A stretch of DNA of 64,000 nucleotides, taken from NCBI GenBank assembly GCA_964234715.1, contig OZ174282.1; one strand, given 5' to 3'. Source of the DNA: Podarcis melisellensis. Lineage: Eukaryota. The notes beneath the pieces are model-generated. The model ran no database searches. It saw only the letters and a list, made by a program, of their open reading frames with translations, and was not told the DNA's origin. Both the position numbers and the translations under genes were made by a program. Below are positions 22,859 through 35,190 of this stretch, in pieces (positions within the stretch are counted from its first letter, which is position 1; each line of letters starts with the position of its first letter).

Positions 22859-24241
22859 TGTTGTTTGCAGATTTAAAAATGTGAGTGAATGACAGGAGTA
22901 TTCTCTTGACTGATTTCCAATTCTAACTGTAGACAAACATGAGGACTACAACAATTTCCACTTCCTTTTGTGTTCTCATCATCATTGCCTGACATTCCTC
23001 TTCAGGACTAATGTTTTTCCCACCTGAGTTTTTCCCCATTTCTACAGTTCCCCTGTCTGCTGCTACCTCTGCCTCTTGTGCCTTGCCTTGGAGACAGCAA
23101 AGTGAGCATGAGGGTTCCCCCTACAGTGGTGTCAGGAAAGTCCAATTACATTTTAATTAAAGCCTCAAATTAAGACCACAGATTTTCAGAACGGAGCTGT
23201 CAGTTCCCAAATAAAACTATGCTTGGCTTAAAGAGAAATGGCTGTTTCTGGCTCTCTCAGAGCAGAGCCAGAACCACCAGAGATGTTAACTAAGGGAATA
23301 TAACAGTGCAGGGATCCAATTAAAAGCAACAGATGACTCTACATGGGTGTTTGCAACTTTATGCCATCATAACTGGTTTCAATTTAACAGGGACTAATCT
23401 GCCTTCTCTTTCCCAAATGCCTATGAATACTGGATGTGAGAAATCAAGATCATTGGGAGAAACAATAAAAGATACCCATAAACAAAAGGTCTTTTTCTCA
23501 CATGAAAGAAAAGGATTAAATGGAGCTGGTGGGAGGCTGATGAGATAGGGAGACCTGGTGGAACACATTCTACCTGTCTCATTTGGGGATGGTAGAGCGT
23601 GATAACTGGGTCTCCAAAAGGCCTTTGAGCAAGCACCTCTTAATCTGTACATTATTCCTTTTCTTCCACAGGACTAACAAAAAGTGACTATTTTATGGTG
23701 TCCTACCTCTTCTCCAAGGAGCTTTAGGTGTTATCAACATCCTCATTTTACCCACATAATGACACTGCAAGTACATTAGGCTGAAACAGAGTGAGCGGCC
23801 CAAGGTGAGGTTCATGCCTGAGTGGGGATTTGAACCCTGGTCTCTGAGGATAGGGCCTTTTTCTGCCAGAACATCCCAGAGCACAGTTCCAGCACCTTTT
23901 TTTGCACTGCTTTGTCCATGAAGTTTCTCAGCAAGCAAAGGTAGTCCCTCACTGGTGAGGTGCACAGGATGGTGGCTGAAGTGGCCTAAGTGGGTGGGGG
24001 GGGGGCAAGTGGTGAGCAGCGAGCTTACTGTGATTTTGGTTTCAAGAGGGTGGTCCCGTCGTCTGAGTTGGCAAATGAGGCAGTGAGTTCTAGCACCTTT
24101 TTCCCTAGAAAGAAAATGGCACTGTCTCCGGCCATTGCCTCTCCAAATTCTTACATGTCCAATTTTCACAATGGTCCAATTTTCCAGTGGTCACCAATTG
24201 TTTTGGGCTCATTTGCAAACCGGAGAAGCTGTTGTGGACAC

Positions 24242-24242
<1 letters not shown>

Positions 24243-24272
<30 letters not shown>
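24243..24272. repeat. (AC)n microsatellite
   Basis: direct reading. Confidence 0.97.
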
Positions 24273-24274
<2 letters not shown>

Positions 24275-24460
24275 AAACCAAGCACATATCTCAGCCTACA
24301 TAGCAGGTAGAGAGGATTGTGGGACAAAGTGCTGCTGCAGGTGCCGGAGAAGGCCTCTGTGGTCACTTGTGTGCCTGCAGGCACCCCACTGGCTAGCTGA
24401 ATGTGTGTGGGGCTGGGCATCAGGGCCGCCGGTGGAATGGTGGTAGGTGGGAGTGTATTG

Positions 24461-24770
24461 TGTTACGTATTCAGTGGTCTGTGTTTGCCTGAGCTTGAGT
24501 TTGGACTAAGGATTCTTAGCCCCCGTGTTCTGATTTGATACATGATATCCAAATCACAGACCATTTCAGGATTTGGGCCTCTGCCATTGGCCCTTACGAT
24601 TTGCAGCTTGGAAGTTTAGGCAGCCAATCATGTTGGGAGTGGGAGTGGCCCAGGCCTTCAGAAATGTTTATAAGCAGTTGCTTTGCCCCTGTTGTCCAGT
24701 TCTGTTAGTGCAATAAAGGTTCTTGCTGTTATCACTGTGTCTTGCCTTGTGGAAACCCACCTACACTTCA
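24461..24770 (+). mobile_element. solo LTR, 310 bp
   Basis: TG...CA; exact 5-bp TSD tattg (24456-60 / 24771-75); CCAAT 24624, TATAA 24669, AATAAA 24712 in U3-R order. Confidence 0.88.
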
Positions 24771-26370
24771 TATTGCACGGGGGCAGAAGTGGTGAGGGGG
24801 GGGGGACCTGAGCTGATGGGGACAGTTTACAGATGCTGACAAATGGGACGGCTCAGCACCCACCTGTGAGAGGGCAAGGCCAGAGTATGTTGCTCTCTTT
24901 GTTAATGCGATTTTCGGTGTGTAATTTGCTTTTGTAGCTTCTTGTGGATCAAAGGTATTTATTTCACACACAACACATCAAACATTCATTGAAAACCCTG
25001 ATCTCCATGTCGGCTTGGAACATGCGGAGCTGGTGGTGGAACTTGGAAATCCCCAGAGTGGATTTCACGGGTGCTTGTCGTACAGTAGTTGCTCTTCCCA
25101 GCCTCCTGCTCCAGGCTGTTTGCTCTGCATACGCAGCTCCATCTGAAGCAGCACCAGGATGTTCTGTTCCAGTTTCCTGGCCTCAATGCTCCCCCCTCTG
25201 CCAAAGGCTTTATGGTTCAGCACTTAAGAGATCCCAACAAACAAAACACAGAGGGATAGTATTTTTTATAGCTGTCAAGCAAGGGGTAGGCATATCCTCT
25301 AGGCTTTTCTCCAGTTAAAGAGATTACTGATGCTTACATGAGCATTGATGGCTGGTGGCTACTAGCTCTTGTTTCTCACCTGACTGAGTCAGTTTGGCAG
25401 GCTGGAATGTATCTAGCGATGGAGTTATTTTTTGGGCTGACTAGTCTCAGGGTGACATTATAAATCCTGACTTTCTTCGTTATCTAACACCTCAGTATTT
25501 AGAGTGATTAAAATCAGCATTTGTTTTCATGTAGGACAGAAAAAGTTACTCTTAGAAAAACCATATCTTCTCTGACTGGCTTTTTAAAACCTGTCCCTTG
25601 CTGTCTTTGTGGCTCAATTTCCTCACCAAAAAACCCCCTAAGAGTGGGACTGCACTCAAGAGATTCTGCTATTACAGGGTACATTTTTTGTTTCTTCTTT
25701 TTTATTATCTGTCAGCATTATCCTGAGAGCAAAGTAGGTTGGCTGCGTACCTCTATGCCCTAAGTTATGGTTATAAAATGGACATTTACATTTAGAACCT
25801 TGTAATTAACCCAAGTATGAATCTAGTCTGCCCATGGCATAGGGAGCCATTTTCCTTTCTTGTAAAATTCTGAGTTAATTTGACCTCCAGATTTGAATGT
25901 TCTACACTTCCCTATTCTTTAAAAAATACATTCTGATAAACAGATGCTTTCATTTTATAGGAGAAACTGAGGTACCTCCAAATGCCTAGAAGACAACAGT
26001 AAGGAAATTACAAAGACTCGTTCTGAGTAACTGCAAAGTAATTACTACCTTTTAAATATGCTGTTTTATTTGAAGAGGAAAACATCTGAAAGTACAAAGG
26101 TAGGAAGCTGGTGAAAAACAACAAACTTGGTTTCCCTGAGGTTCTCCATGAAATGGTTCTCTGCAAATGCTCAGAGGCACTCTATTTTAATTAAAACTTC
26201 ATGTTTTGATGCACACATTAAGTCCTGCCATTAGAACTGAATGTAATCATGAGGAGCAAAATACCTGTAACTTTGCCAGCTGTGTTGCTGATCAATTTTC
26301 TCCTCAACATTAAAATACACAGTAAAAATGCTCACGGTATGATGTGCATGGGATTTATGGAGTGTTAATG

Positions 26371-26975
26371 GAGGGGTAGTACCTCTGGTAGGGGACATGC
26401 CATGTTCCTTCTGGCATAGTTGTAGAGGGAAGTGAGGGGCAGATGGGGCTCATCAACCTGGGAAGGTAGCCCATCTAGGAAAAGGAAAACTCTGAACCTA
26501 AACCTCTGCTGTGGCTATATTCATTCATGATAAAGGCTTTGGGAGTAAATCCCAAGGAAAAATCCATACCCACTGCCTTGTGGGACATCTTCAGGAGAAG
26601 AAAGGTCTAGGAAATAAACACTATACAAATCTGGAGTCCTTAAGACAGTTGCATGGCATCTTGCTTGCCTCCTTCTGGCATCTCCTGCGGCCAAGCTGGT
26701 GCCAAATGCTTTGGTCTGCTTTTCTGTGGACTACATCAGCGATGCTGAGAGGAGGTCTTGTCGTCTGGGCAGCCCAGGACCTCCATACACATTGCCCAGG
26801 CTTGAGCCCCAGAGAGGTCGCTTTGGTGCTGCTAACGCAGCAAAAACAACGCCGGAGGCAGTAGTTATGAGTTATCAGTCTCTGCAGTCACAGCAGGTGC
26901 TGTCATTCTCCAGTGGTTTGACTTCACCCCCTGAGGTGCACTCCATTGTCTCGAGACAGATGGATGCCAACAATG
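26371..26975 (+). mobile_element. non-autonomous RTE-related retroposon (5'UTR-like body plus RTE-type 3' end)
   Basis: 3' end ccattgtctcgagacagatggatgccaacaa resembles RTE tails; no RT coding remnant. Confidence 0.55.
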
Positions 26976-28952
26976 ATATCAATGTGTGTGTATTTGTGTA
27001 TTTGCATCTAGAATTCGCATATTGCACTTCTGTGCAGAGACACATTTTGTATCTCACCATGGGCTTCCCTGGGTGAGTGCCTGGAACCTCTGGAATCTCA
27101 GACCTCTGAGAGACTGGGGTGGCCTGCAACAATATCATGTTTCTTCTAGTACTATATGTCTTGGGAGAGATTGTTCTTGCATTTCAAAAATGCCACGGCA
27201 AGGCCAAAAATTTATTATGTCTGATTGTAGGAAGTTTTTTGGACACAGAGTTTCCTTCAACATTTCCGTTTCAAATTGCCTGCTTGTTTCTTTACATACC
27301 ATTAGTATTATTATTGTTATGGGTGACGGTATTTTGAAAGACCTCCTGCATTATTTACATGTTTCCAAATGGGCTGCAAAGGCACTTTATATAATTACTG
27401 CTTCTCAGGCACTCTATCGTGTAGAGTACAAACAGCAACACCTTAATTAACTTCTTTTGGCGAGAAAACTCATTCATGTTCCCTGCCATCAGAGAACAAC
27501 GTGTTTTGGAATTTGATCTTGAGAAGGAGATGACAGCTAGGGACACGGTAGTGTTTGTTGACATTCTCCAGGTTCTCTAAAGATGCACAAAAAGGGTAGC
27601 CATGACATGAACATGACCCGACATGGATGGCTCCATAGTTACATGGATCTCTGTACTTCTAGGGATTAAAACACCTTGCACAATGACTTCCGTACCTTGA
27701 TGAGGTCCAAGACTGCTGAATGCCTCCTTTTCTAGCTGTGCTTTATTTTTCCAGAATGGAGATAGGCTTTTTTCCTCAAACAGAGTTGAAGGGAATTTGA
27801 AAGAAGGATCACAGCGCATCCCACTTTTGCTTCCAGTCAACAGTTTTAAAAAATGACAATAAAAAAACCTGCCAATTCTGTTTGCCTGCTGATGAGAGTT
27901 GTCACGACACTGCTGAAGTGTGGCAGAAACTTAACTTCCCTGGTTCAGCTCCTCTTCACCACAAGCCCATTACCAACTCCCCTGATGTTTGGGCTCAACT
28001 CATAATAGGCTCCACCTGTTGCGATTCTTGAGTGTCCTCCCCATTGCTGCCCTGCCCCCTCTTCCATCTCCCCGCCCATTTCCAATGCATGGCAGCAGGG
28101 ATGTGGAAGAATCCTATGGGGAGTTTCAATTAGGCCTTAAAGCAGGCAGGCATGGGAATGACACGTAAGAAAGGTGTAAGAAATCCATCCATCCAAGACG
28201 GATGTGACCAAACAGCACTACGGTTTGAAAGACATATTCCAGCTGTGCAAAAGCAGGTGTGGAACTTGAGGGGAAACAGTGTAGCCTGAGAAAAGTTTCC
28301 AAGGTTGAAGTAGAGAGTCTTGGAGCAGCACTACATTCAGCCCCTGGGTCTGAGGTTCTCCACCCCTGCCTTAATGGCACAGGCACAGTACTCAAGGCTG
28401 CCAGAAACCACGTGGGTGGGGGGATGTAGCCCAAGCTTTCACTGAGATGGCCACCCTGTGTTTGAACTGCACGACTTTGCTCGCAAGGCTGAATGCTCCT
28501 CCAGAAAGAAATATTCTGTCCACATAAATACTAAACGTTGTGCAGGCAGGGTCCGCGGCCTCACCTAGTTTTCAATAGGTAAAAATATTTTCTTCTGGAG
28601 GTATTTACCTGTATTGATGTTGCTGAAATTCACAACCACCAGCTCAGATTTGAACTTGGCCAACTCAGAATATGTTCTTTTCAGGCTCACAGTGCTTGAC
28701 CGCATTTCTGATTGAGTGGCATGTAACTCCCAGAGTTTTTGGCTCAGAATTTAAATTGAGCTGTCCCTCTCCTCCTTAGTGCCTTGAGTCTTGCAGTGAC
28801 AGCACCCTCCACACTCGGGGGATTTAGTTCAAGCATCCTAAAAATTACACATTCCTGAAGTTTCCTATCCCTATCCTGGGTTCAGCAGTACATCAGGGAC
28901 AAGACTCTGGGGTGGTGGTGCTGGTGCTGGTAAGGATTCAGGTGCCCTAGAC

Positions 28953-29646
28953 CAGTGTTTCCCAACCGGTGTTCCGCGGCACACGAGTGTGCCGTGAGAC
29001 GTTGCCTCGTGTGCCGCGAGATGCCTGGAGGGAGGCGGGCGAGTCGGGCGGCGAGAGGCGGGGCGGCGGCGGCGAGGAGAGGCCGCGCCTCCTGCTGCTG
29101 CCTGGTGCTCCTCCTCGCAGCCGGCAGCGCTGCCTGGGCGCCTCCGCGCGACTCTGCCTCGCTGGGTTTGGTCTCCCAGCAGAGACGGGTCACACGCGCC
29201 CCTCCCTCCCTCCCTCAGCCTGCGCGGAGGGAGAGCCAGAGAGAGGCATCGCTCCTGCGCGGCGGGAGAGGGAGCAGCCGGAGCGATGCCCCAAACGAAC
29301 GCATGGGACCGGAGGGGAAATCCTCTCCGAGGCGGATTGAGCGCAGCTGAGAGAAGCCTTTCGAGGAGCTGCCGTGTCCCCTGGAAACCCCCTTCCCAGC
29401 TCTGCCTCAGCCGCCGCCGCCTCAGTTGCCGCCGTCCCTCAGTCCCTCGCTCTGCTGCCTCCTCCCACCCCCAAAGCTTGGAGGTTCCCCAGCAAGGGGG
29501 AGGGAAAAAACTTTCACTTTTGTGCGTCCCTCCCGGCGTGACGCTGCACGCTGACGTCACGGGGCGGGGCTTTAATGGTGGTGTGCCGCGAGATTTTTTT
29601 TCAGTAAACAGGTGTGCCGTTGCCCAAAAACGTTTGGGAAACACTG
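28953..29646. mobile_element. young hAT (Charlie-like) non-autonomous element with CpG-rich interior
   Basis: TIR cagtgtttcccaa / ttgggaaacactg (13/13); TSD ccctagac / ccctagaa; subterminal gtgtgccg repeats at both ends. Confidence 0.92.
29552..29570 (+). promoter_or_regulatory. adjacent CRE and GC box
   Basis: TGACGTCA (29552-59), c, GGGGCGGGGC (29561-70). Confidence 0.5.
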
Positions 29647-30139
29647 CCCTAGAAAACTACATTTTCCAGCAGGTCACTGTTATCCATCAGCTGTGGTCCT
29701 GCATTCTCTGGGAAGGTCAGCGGATCTCTGGATCGGTGGTCTCAACATCCCCAACATTGCCACAACTTCTCAGTGCTGCAGTGGGGAGTGCACCTCACTG
29801 TGCCCCATCCCTGTGAATGCAATGCTGCCACCACTGTGAGATCACTGCTGCTGCTCCAGCCCCCTTCATGAATCCCCACTATTATCATCCCTGATCCTGG
29901 GAGAGCCTTTTGCTTGAAATCCCAGGGAGCCACTTTCAGTCGGTGTAGATAATCTCATTGTGTGGTATATTGCTCATGGTTTCTAGCAGCCCAGGACACT
30001 GTCCTCTTAGGTCCAATGGAGGCCTAAACCAAAGCCTCTCTGCTTCCCGTGAGTCTTCCACGGTCTCCTTGCCATGTACATGTGGGTGCTGAAGAGAAGA
30101 GGTCACAAACAGAGGGTCTGTCTGGGATGCTGACAGACC

Positions 30140-30345
30140 TATTCTGCTCCATGAATTTCTCCAGTCCTTTTTTAAAGTCACCAGAACTAATGGCCACCAC
30201 CAGCACCACATCTTGTGGCAGTGAACCCCATAAACCAATTACGCATTGTGTGATGTATTTCCTTGGTCCTGAATTAGCCCACTGCTAGTCAGTTTCATTG
30301 GGTGAGCCTGAGTTCCAGTACTGAGAGAGATATTTCTCCCTCTGT
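30140..30345 (-). mobile_element. CR1 fragment
   Basis: ctccatgaattt.tccagtcct...tggccaccaccagcaccacatcttgtggcagtgaa; CR1 ORF2 end in reverse. Confidence 0.7.
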
Positions 30346-33300
30346 GGTGACTGACCATAGTATAATCTTCCTCCATTACTCTTCCCAAATGATGATGTCC
30401 AGTCTGATGATGTCCGGTGCTAGAACAGAGCTGATAGCTGGCCTCTGCTGGATTCATAATCTATCTTTCTACTGGATTATAAACTAGCTGCTAGCACAAT
30501 GGAAAATGATTTCCTCTGTATAAAATGATCCTCCACCTCCACCTCCTCCTCTTGATTTGTCAGGGATAGATGCCTCTGCGTGTTGTTGTCTGTAGGATGT
30601 GAGGATACCTGCTTGTTTTCCTAGCCTGGCAGCCACATATATCCCTCACAAGACACAGGTGACACCTTGACACTGACAAGTCCATCTGTCACCCATTTGC
30701 CAACAGTCAGCCGCCACCACCACAGGACTCATCTGTCAAGCAGCTCCAGTACTGATATGATGCGTCTGCAAGGCCACAACTGCCTGTCAGTGGACTGACT
30801 TCTCTAGAACATCGCCGCCTTAACCCTGCCTCATTGTGACAGCTTGAAGCCTCAGGCTGGACTCTCAAGTGCAGTCAGAGGTGATGCTGCTTCAAGGCAG
30901 ACGATCCTCAAGGTGAAAGGGGTCTCATTGTAACAGGAATATGGCCAGTGAAAACAATCCAGAGATAGTTTTGAAGACATGTGCATCCTTGTGTTTCAAG
31001 CAGCATTCACACTCCAGATCCCTGTTACTATTTCTAAGGGTAGCTTGATACTAGGACTTTTATGTTGTTGGAACTATGGTTTTTCTTCATATGTGCACCT
31101 CTTACTGTTTTTCATTTATTTTCTTTCTTTTTAAAAAATGCTCAGATAAACACTTTCATATCTTAATATGGTTCAGATATCCTAGTGTTGCACCAGCACT
31201 TTGGGGGGAGGGGAGAAGTTGAAAGTAAATGGAGAAAAGAATCACACACTTTATTAGATGTGATCCTAAACTGATTTCTCTTATACTGTTGGAATATTCT
31301 GTTAATATAAGCAAATATAAAAGGTGCGCACACAAAATGAAATATTATCCTATGTACTTTATTACTATTATATTATGATTATTACTATTCTCATTATTTT
31401 TTCTGTTTTGCATCTCCTCCTACTGTTTTTAATTTCGATTATTGACAGTGCAAATGTAAACGTCAATGCTTTTGGAAGGCAACAGTTGACTTTCAAGCAT
31501 CTTAAGAAGGCCAGATTAAAAATAACCCATAAAACTAAGTTTTATATCATAAATCACTTTTAAAATGAAAGCCTTTAAAGAGTTTAGGGACACCACTCTG
31601 GAGCCTCTGATCATACTGAAATTAAGTTTGCTCTTTAATACTAACTCTCTCCGATAAACCATTTTAACGCATTAACATTTCAGTCATCCAAGTAACATTC
31701 ATAATACAAGCACTCACTGAAATGCGAAAGTTCAGCTAGCAGACCCCCAAGATTGGCAGCATTTAGGCAATTATCATTCTGTTTTTCAATTCTGAAGATG
31801 AGATGTTCACATTTTTACCCAGTGGGGAATTTGAGCTGCACTTTACCACCTCCTAAAATGCAGTTCTTTTAAGCTAATATTATTCAAAAGGCAGTTGGCG
31901 GCCCTTAGCCTATTTGTTTGATTGTGCTGGAGCATGACACTGATTTTTGCCTAGAGCAAAAACATGAAACGAAATTTGGTGAGAATGTCCAAGGGATTTC
32001 AAGGGAAGCACCAAGAGTGTAGAGAAGACCAGGGCTGTTCGTAGTGGGATTTGAAATAAAAGCCCTGAAGCTGGATCAGGCCCAGCCCAGCATTATGTTT
32101 CCAAGGTGACCAGTCAGATGACTCTGGTAATTCCCCAAGCAAAAGAAGAGGGCAACAGCCACCTGCCAACATCCCAGAGTTGCTATCAAGTTTTGCCTGA
32201 AGGAAGCTGAGGCACATTTTGAAATAAAAAAGCCTATTTAAGAGATTGCATAAACAAACAATTTATTTCCATGTGCTTTTATTTTAATTCCTGCCTTTAA
32301 TGTTGTTTACGCCTTTTTAACTGTTGTTATATCAGTCTTTTTTATCAGTCTGGAAAAGTCCATTTATTATTTTGAGTGTTGCTTTATAACAAAAGCTGTT
32401 TAGAAGTGTCGTAAGATTTATAGTATAAGTGAAATAAACAAATGCAGCTCATTCTCAACCTTTATGGAAAATTAACCTGAGCATGTTTAAAGCCTGAATT
32501 TGTGAAATTCAGCCTTTGCTAACCTGGTACCCTCCAGATGTTTTGGAGCATAACTCCCATCAGTCCTTGCCAGCCCAAAGCTGTATGCCAAAGTTGGCAA
32601 ATGCTGGATTGTAACAGTATTTGCACATGTTCCTCCATGTGCCTCTTCCCTTCTTCACCGCCACTTTTAAAACTTAGCTTGGGAACGTCTTGGAGAACAA
32701 CCTGCCTTATGTTGCTCTGTAATATTACTAGTTATATAAAGACTACCACTATTATTATTTTTTCAAATAGTGTACTATCAAATACCAGAACTGAATATCA
32801 AATGCCACACCAAAATTTCATATTTGGTTCATATTTTGACAAATATTTGAATATCTAGTGAACATTTCATAGCAACAGTCACTGAGGAGAAATTTCTGAG
32901 CTCAGATTCATTGACCATTGACATCATAGGCACTACAAATCACACATTCATGTTTTTGGGTCAAATCTGACCTTCTCCATATGACCGACAACCTTCTCCA
33001 GCAATTAGTTTGGCTAAAATGACAAGTTTAAGGGGTGGAGAGAAAGAAGATAATTAATATCTGAGGGAGGTCAAGAACCCTGAATGTGTGTGTGCCACCA
33101 CTACAGCTAGCATCACATTTTATGTGTGTGACTCCTCATAAATTTTTATCCTGTCAGTAAAGTCTCCTGTTTTAAATGGTATTTAGATTTTATATCCCAC
33201 ATTTTACAATTAATAAAAAGCGCAATGGCTTTGGGGGCACCACAGATAATGAGGGGAGACTGGGAGAACTGCCAGAAATAGAAACTCCCTCTTCTTCTTC

Positions 33301-34044
33301 TCCTCAGCCCACTCCCCTAACTAGGCCTCAAATAACTGTGAGGTGAAGGAGAACTTTCATGGCTGTCAAAGATGGAGTGGAGGATGGAGTAATAGGGCAC
33401 AGGGCATCCAAGAACTTGAGCAATGAAAAAAGTCCTTAGGAGAAATAGGAGCAACATGACTGTTTGGTGTTTCCCCCTTTCCATTCCTACAAGCTGCATA
33501 TCTGAGGAGACCAAACAGATGTTGTTTTCTTCACACAGGCTCTAATTTACAGTAGTAACCAGGAAATAGGATGAAAAAATGGGGGAAGAAAAGTGTTTAC
33601 ACAAAGGATTTTGTGTCATTTGCTCAGCCAACTGTTGCAGCCAGTGCTTTCTCACCATGCAATTTTTGTTTTCCTTTTAGAATGAATTAAAACCTCACCC
33701 TGTGCATTCATCATTTTCACTGAATACTGGATGGGGAGGATAGCCACTTTCAGGGAAATCCCAACCTGAATTGGGCCAGAATCTAAATTTCTACTCAAAA
33801 ACCAAAGACTCCAATGATCCCTCTAGTCCAGAAGTGTAGCCAGCCAGATGCCTCTGACATGCCTGCAAACAGGTTGTGAATGTACACCCCCCCAAACTAG
33901 CAAAATAAACCCACAAAAACACCACCAGTCTTTAGGGGTCCAGAGAAATTTGGGGAATTGTTTTCTAAAAGGAAAAGAAAAACATAGAATTAATTAGCTG
34001 AACTCTACTTATCAAGAAAGTTGCAGTGGAATACGAGAAGCCAA

Positions 34045-34280
34045 CTGTCGCTGGATCAGGTCAAAGGCTCATCTAGTCCATCTGGTGGTGACCAACCAAA
34101 TCCTAATAGAAAGCCCACAAGTAGGACTTGAAGGCAACAATACTGTCCCCATTTGGGATTTCCAGCAATTAATATTCAGAAGCACACTGCCTCCAACAGT
34201 GGAGGGAGAAGATAGCCTTCATGGTTAGTAACCATTTATTCCCCATGAATTTGTCTCATCCTCTTTTGAAGTCTTTCAAA
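34045..34280 (-). mobile_element. CR1 3' UTR fragment
   Basis: gctggatcagg...catctagtcca...ccatgaatttgtc. Confidence 0.7.
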
Positions 34281-34369
34281 CACAGTGTTTCTAGTATTCC
34301 CCCCCCCCAAAAAAAAATTCTAACAGCAAAGCAGTTGATTGTAAGAAGCTGGTATATCTGAAAAAGGTC

Positions 34370-35190
34370 TAAGATATTATTTTGCATGCCTTGTGTTTTT
34401 GTTTGTGGCAAACACACCTGAAACCTATTCAAATATTTGCAGTAAATGGAAGCGTTTCGGTGATTGGGAGCATTTGAATAACATTTTTATAATTGTTGGT
34501 CATAGAAACACATCGGACTGAGATGCATAATTAAAATGGAATAGCTTAAAAATGGTGGACTTAGCGATGATTCTCTACAAAAAGCAATTCAGACACAAAG
34601 AGAAATGGCAACATATTTTGAAGGTTATGTTGGATATTAACCTGCTTTGTGCAAAAAATTAATTTTGTTCTTCAAGGCACTACAGCAACTGCGGTCTTAG
34701 CACAGGAATTTTTCTAAATCTCATTGAATTGATTAGCCATTATGATAATGAAGTCAACATCCATTAGTGAAGCCATAAAAAGAGGACTGTAAACTATTGA
34801 TCACATAACATATATAAGGAATTCCTTGAATTATTGGAGGAAAACATTCGTATTGAGGTAATTTCTAGGATAAAAAAGGCAAAGTATTATTCCTTACCAT
34901 TTGATTGCACTCCACATGTTTCTCACTGTAGGCAAATGTGCCAGATTATCAGGCAAGTCCATTCTGATACTGGAAATGTTTTGAGTGAGGAAAGTTTTGT
35001 AGAGTTCATTGAAACAAAACAGAAAACAAGAAGCACTTTAGCGGACGAAATCATGAACAAATTAAAACAAGATAGAACAAATATTAAAAATGCCTGAGGC
35101 CAAGGATACGGCAATGGGGCAAATACGTCTGCTGTGCACAAAGGTGCTAAAGCCCTTATAATAAAACAAAATGAATTTGGCAATGTCTAT
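34370..35190 (+). pseudogene. decayed hAT (Tip100 / ZMYM1-like DUF4371) transposase
   Basis: GIFLNLIELISHYD...KKAKYYSLPFDCTPHVSH..Q...EESFVEF...*GQGYGNGAN...GAKALI vs family YFSI..DCTPDVSH.EQ and RGQGYDNGANMSG; stops and frameshifts. Confidence 0.88.

Noticed and set aside
28871-29816. Long overlapping ORFs (up to 257 aa) as a host gene or transposase
   Set aside because: Open in many frames because of extreme GC content, largely confined to a TIR-bounded MITE, and no domain motifs.
34834-35097. Domesticated ZMYM1-like gene exon
   Set aside because: In-frame stops, frameshifts and loss of conserved Asp residues indicate a dead transposase.
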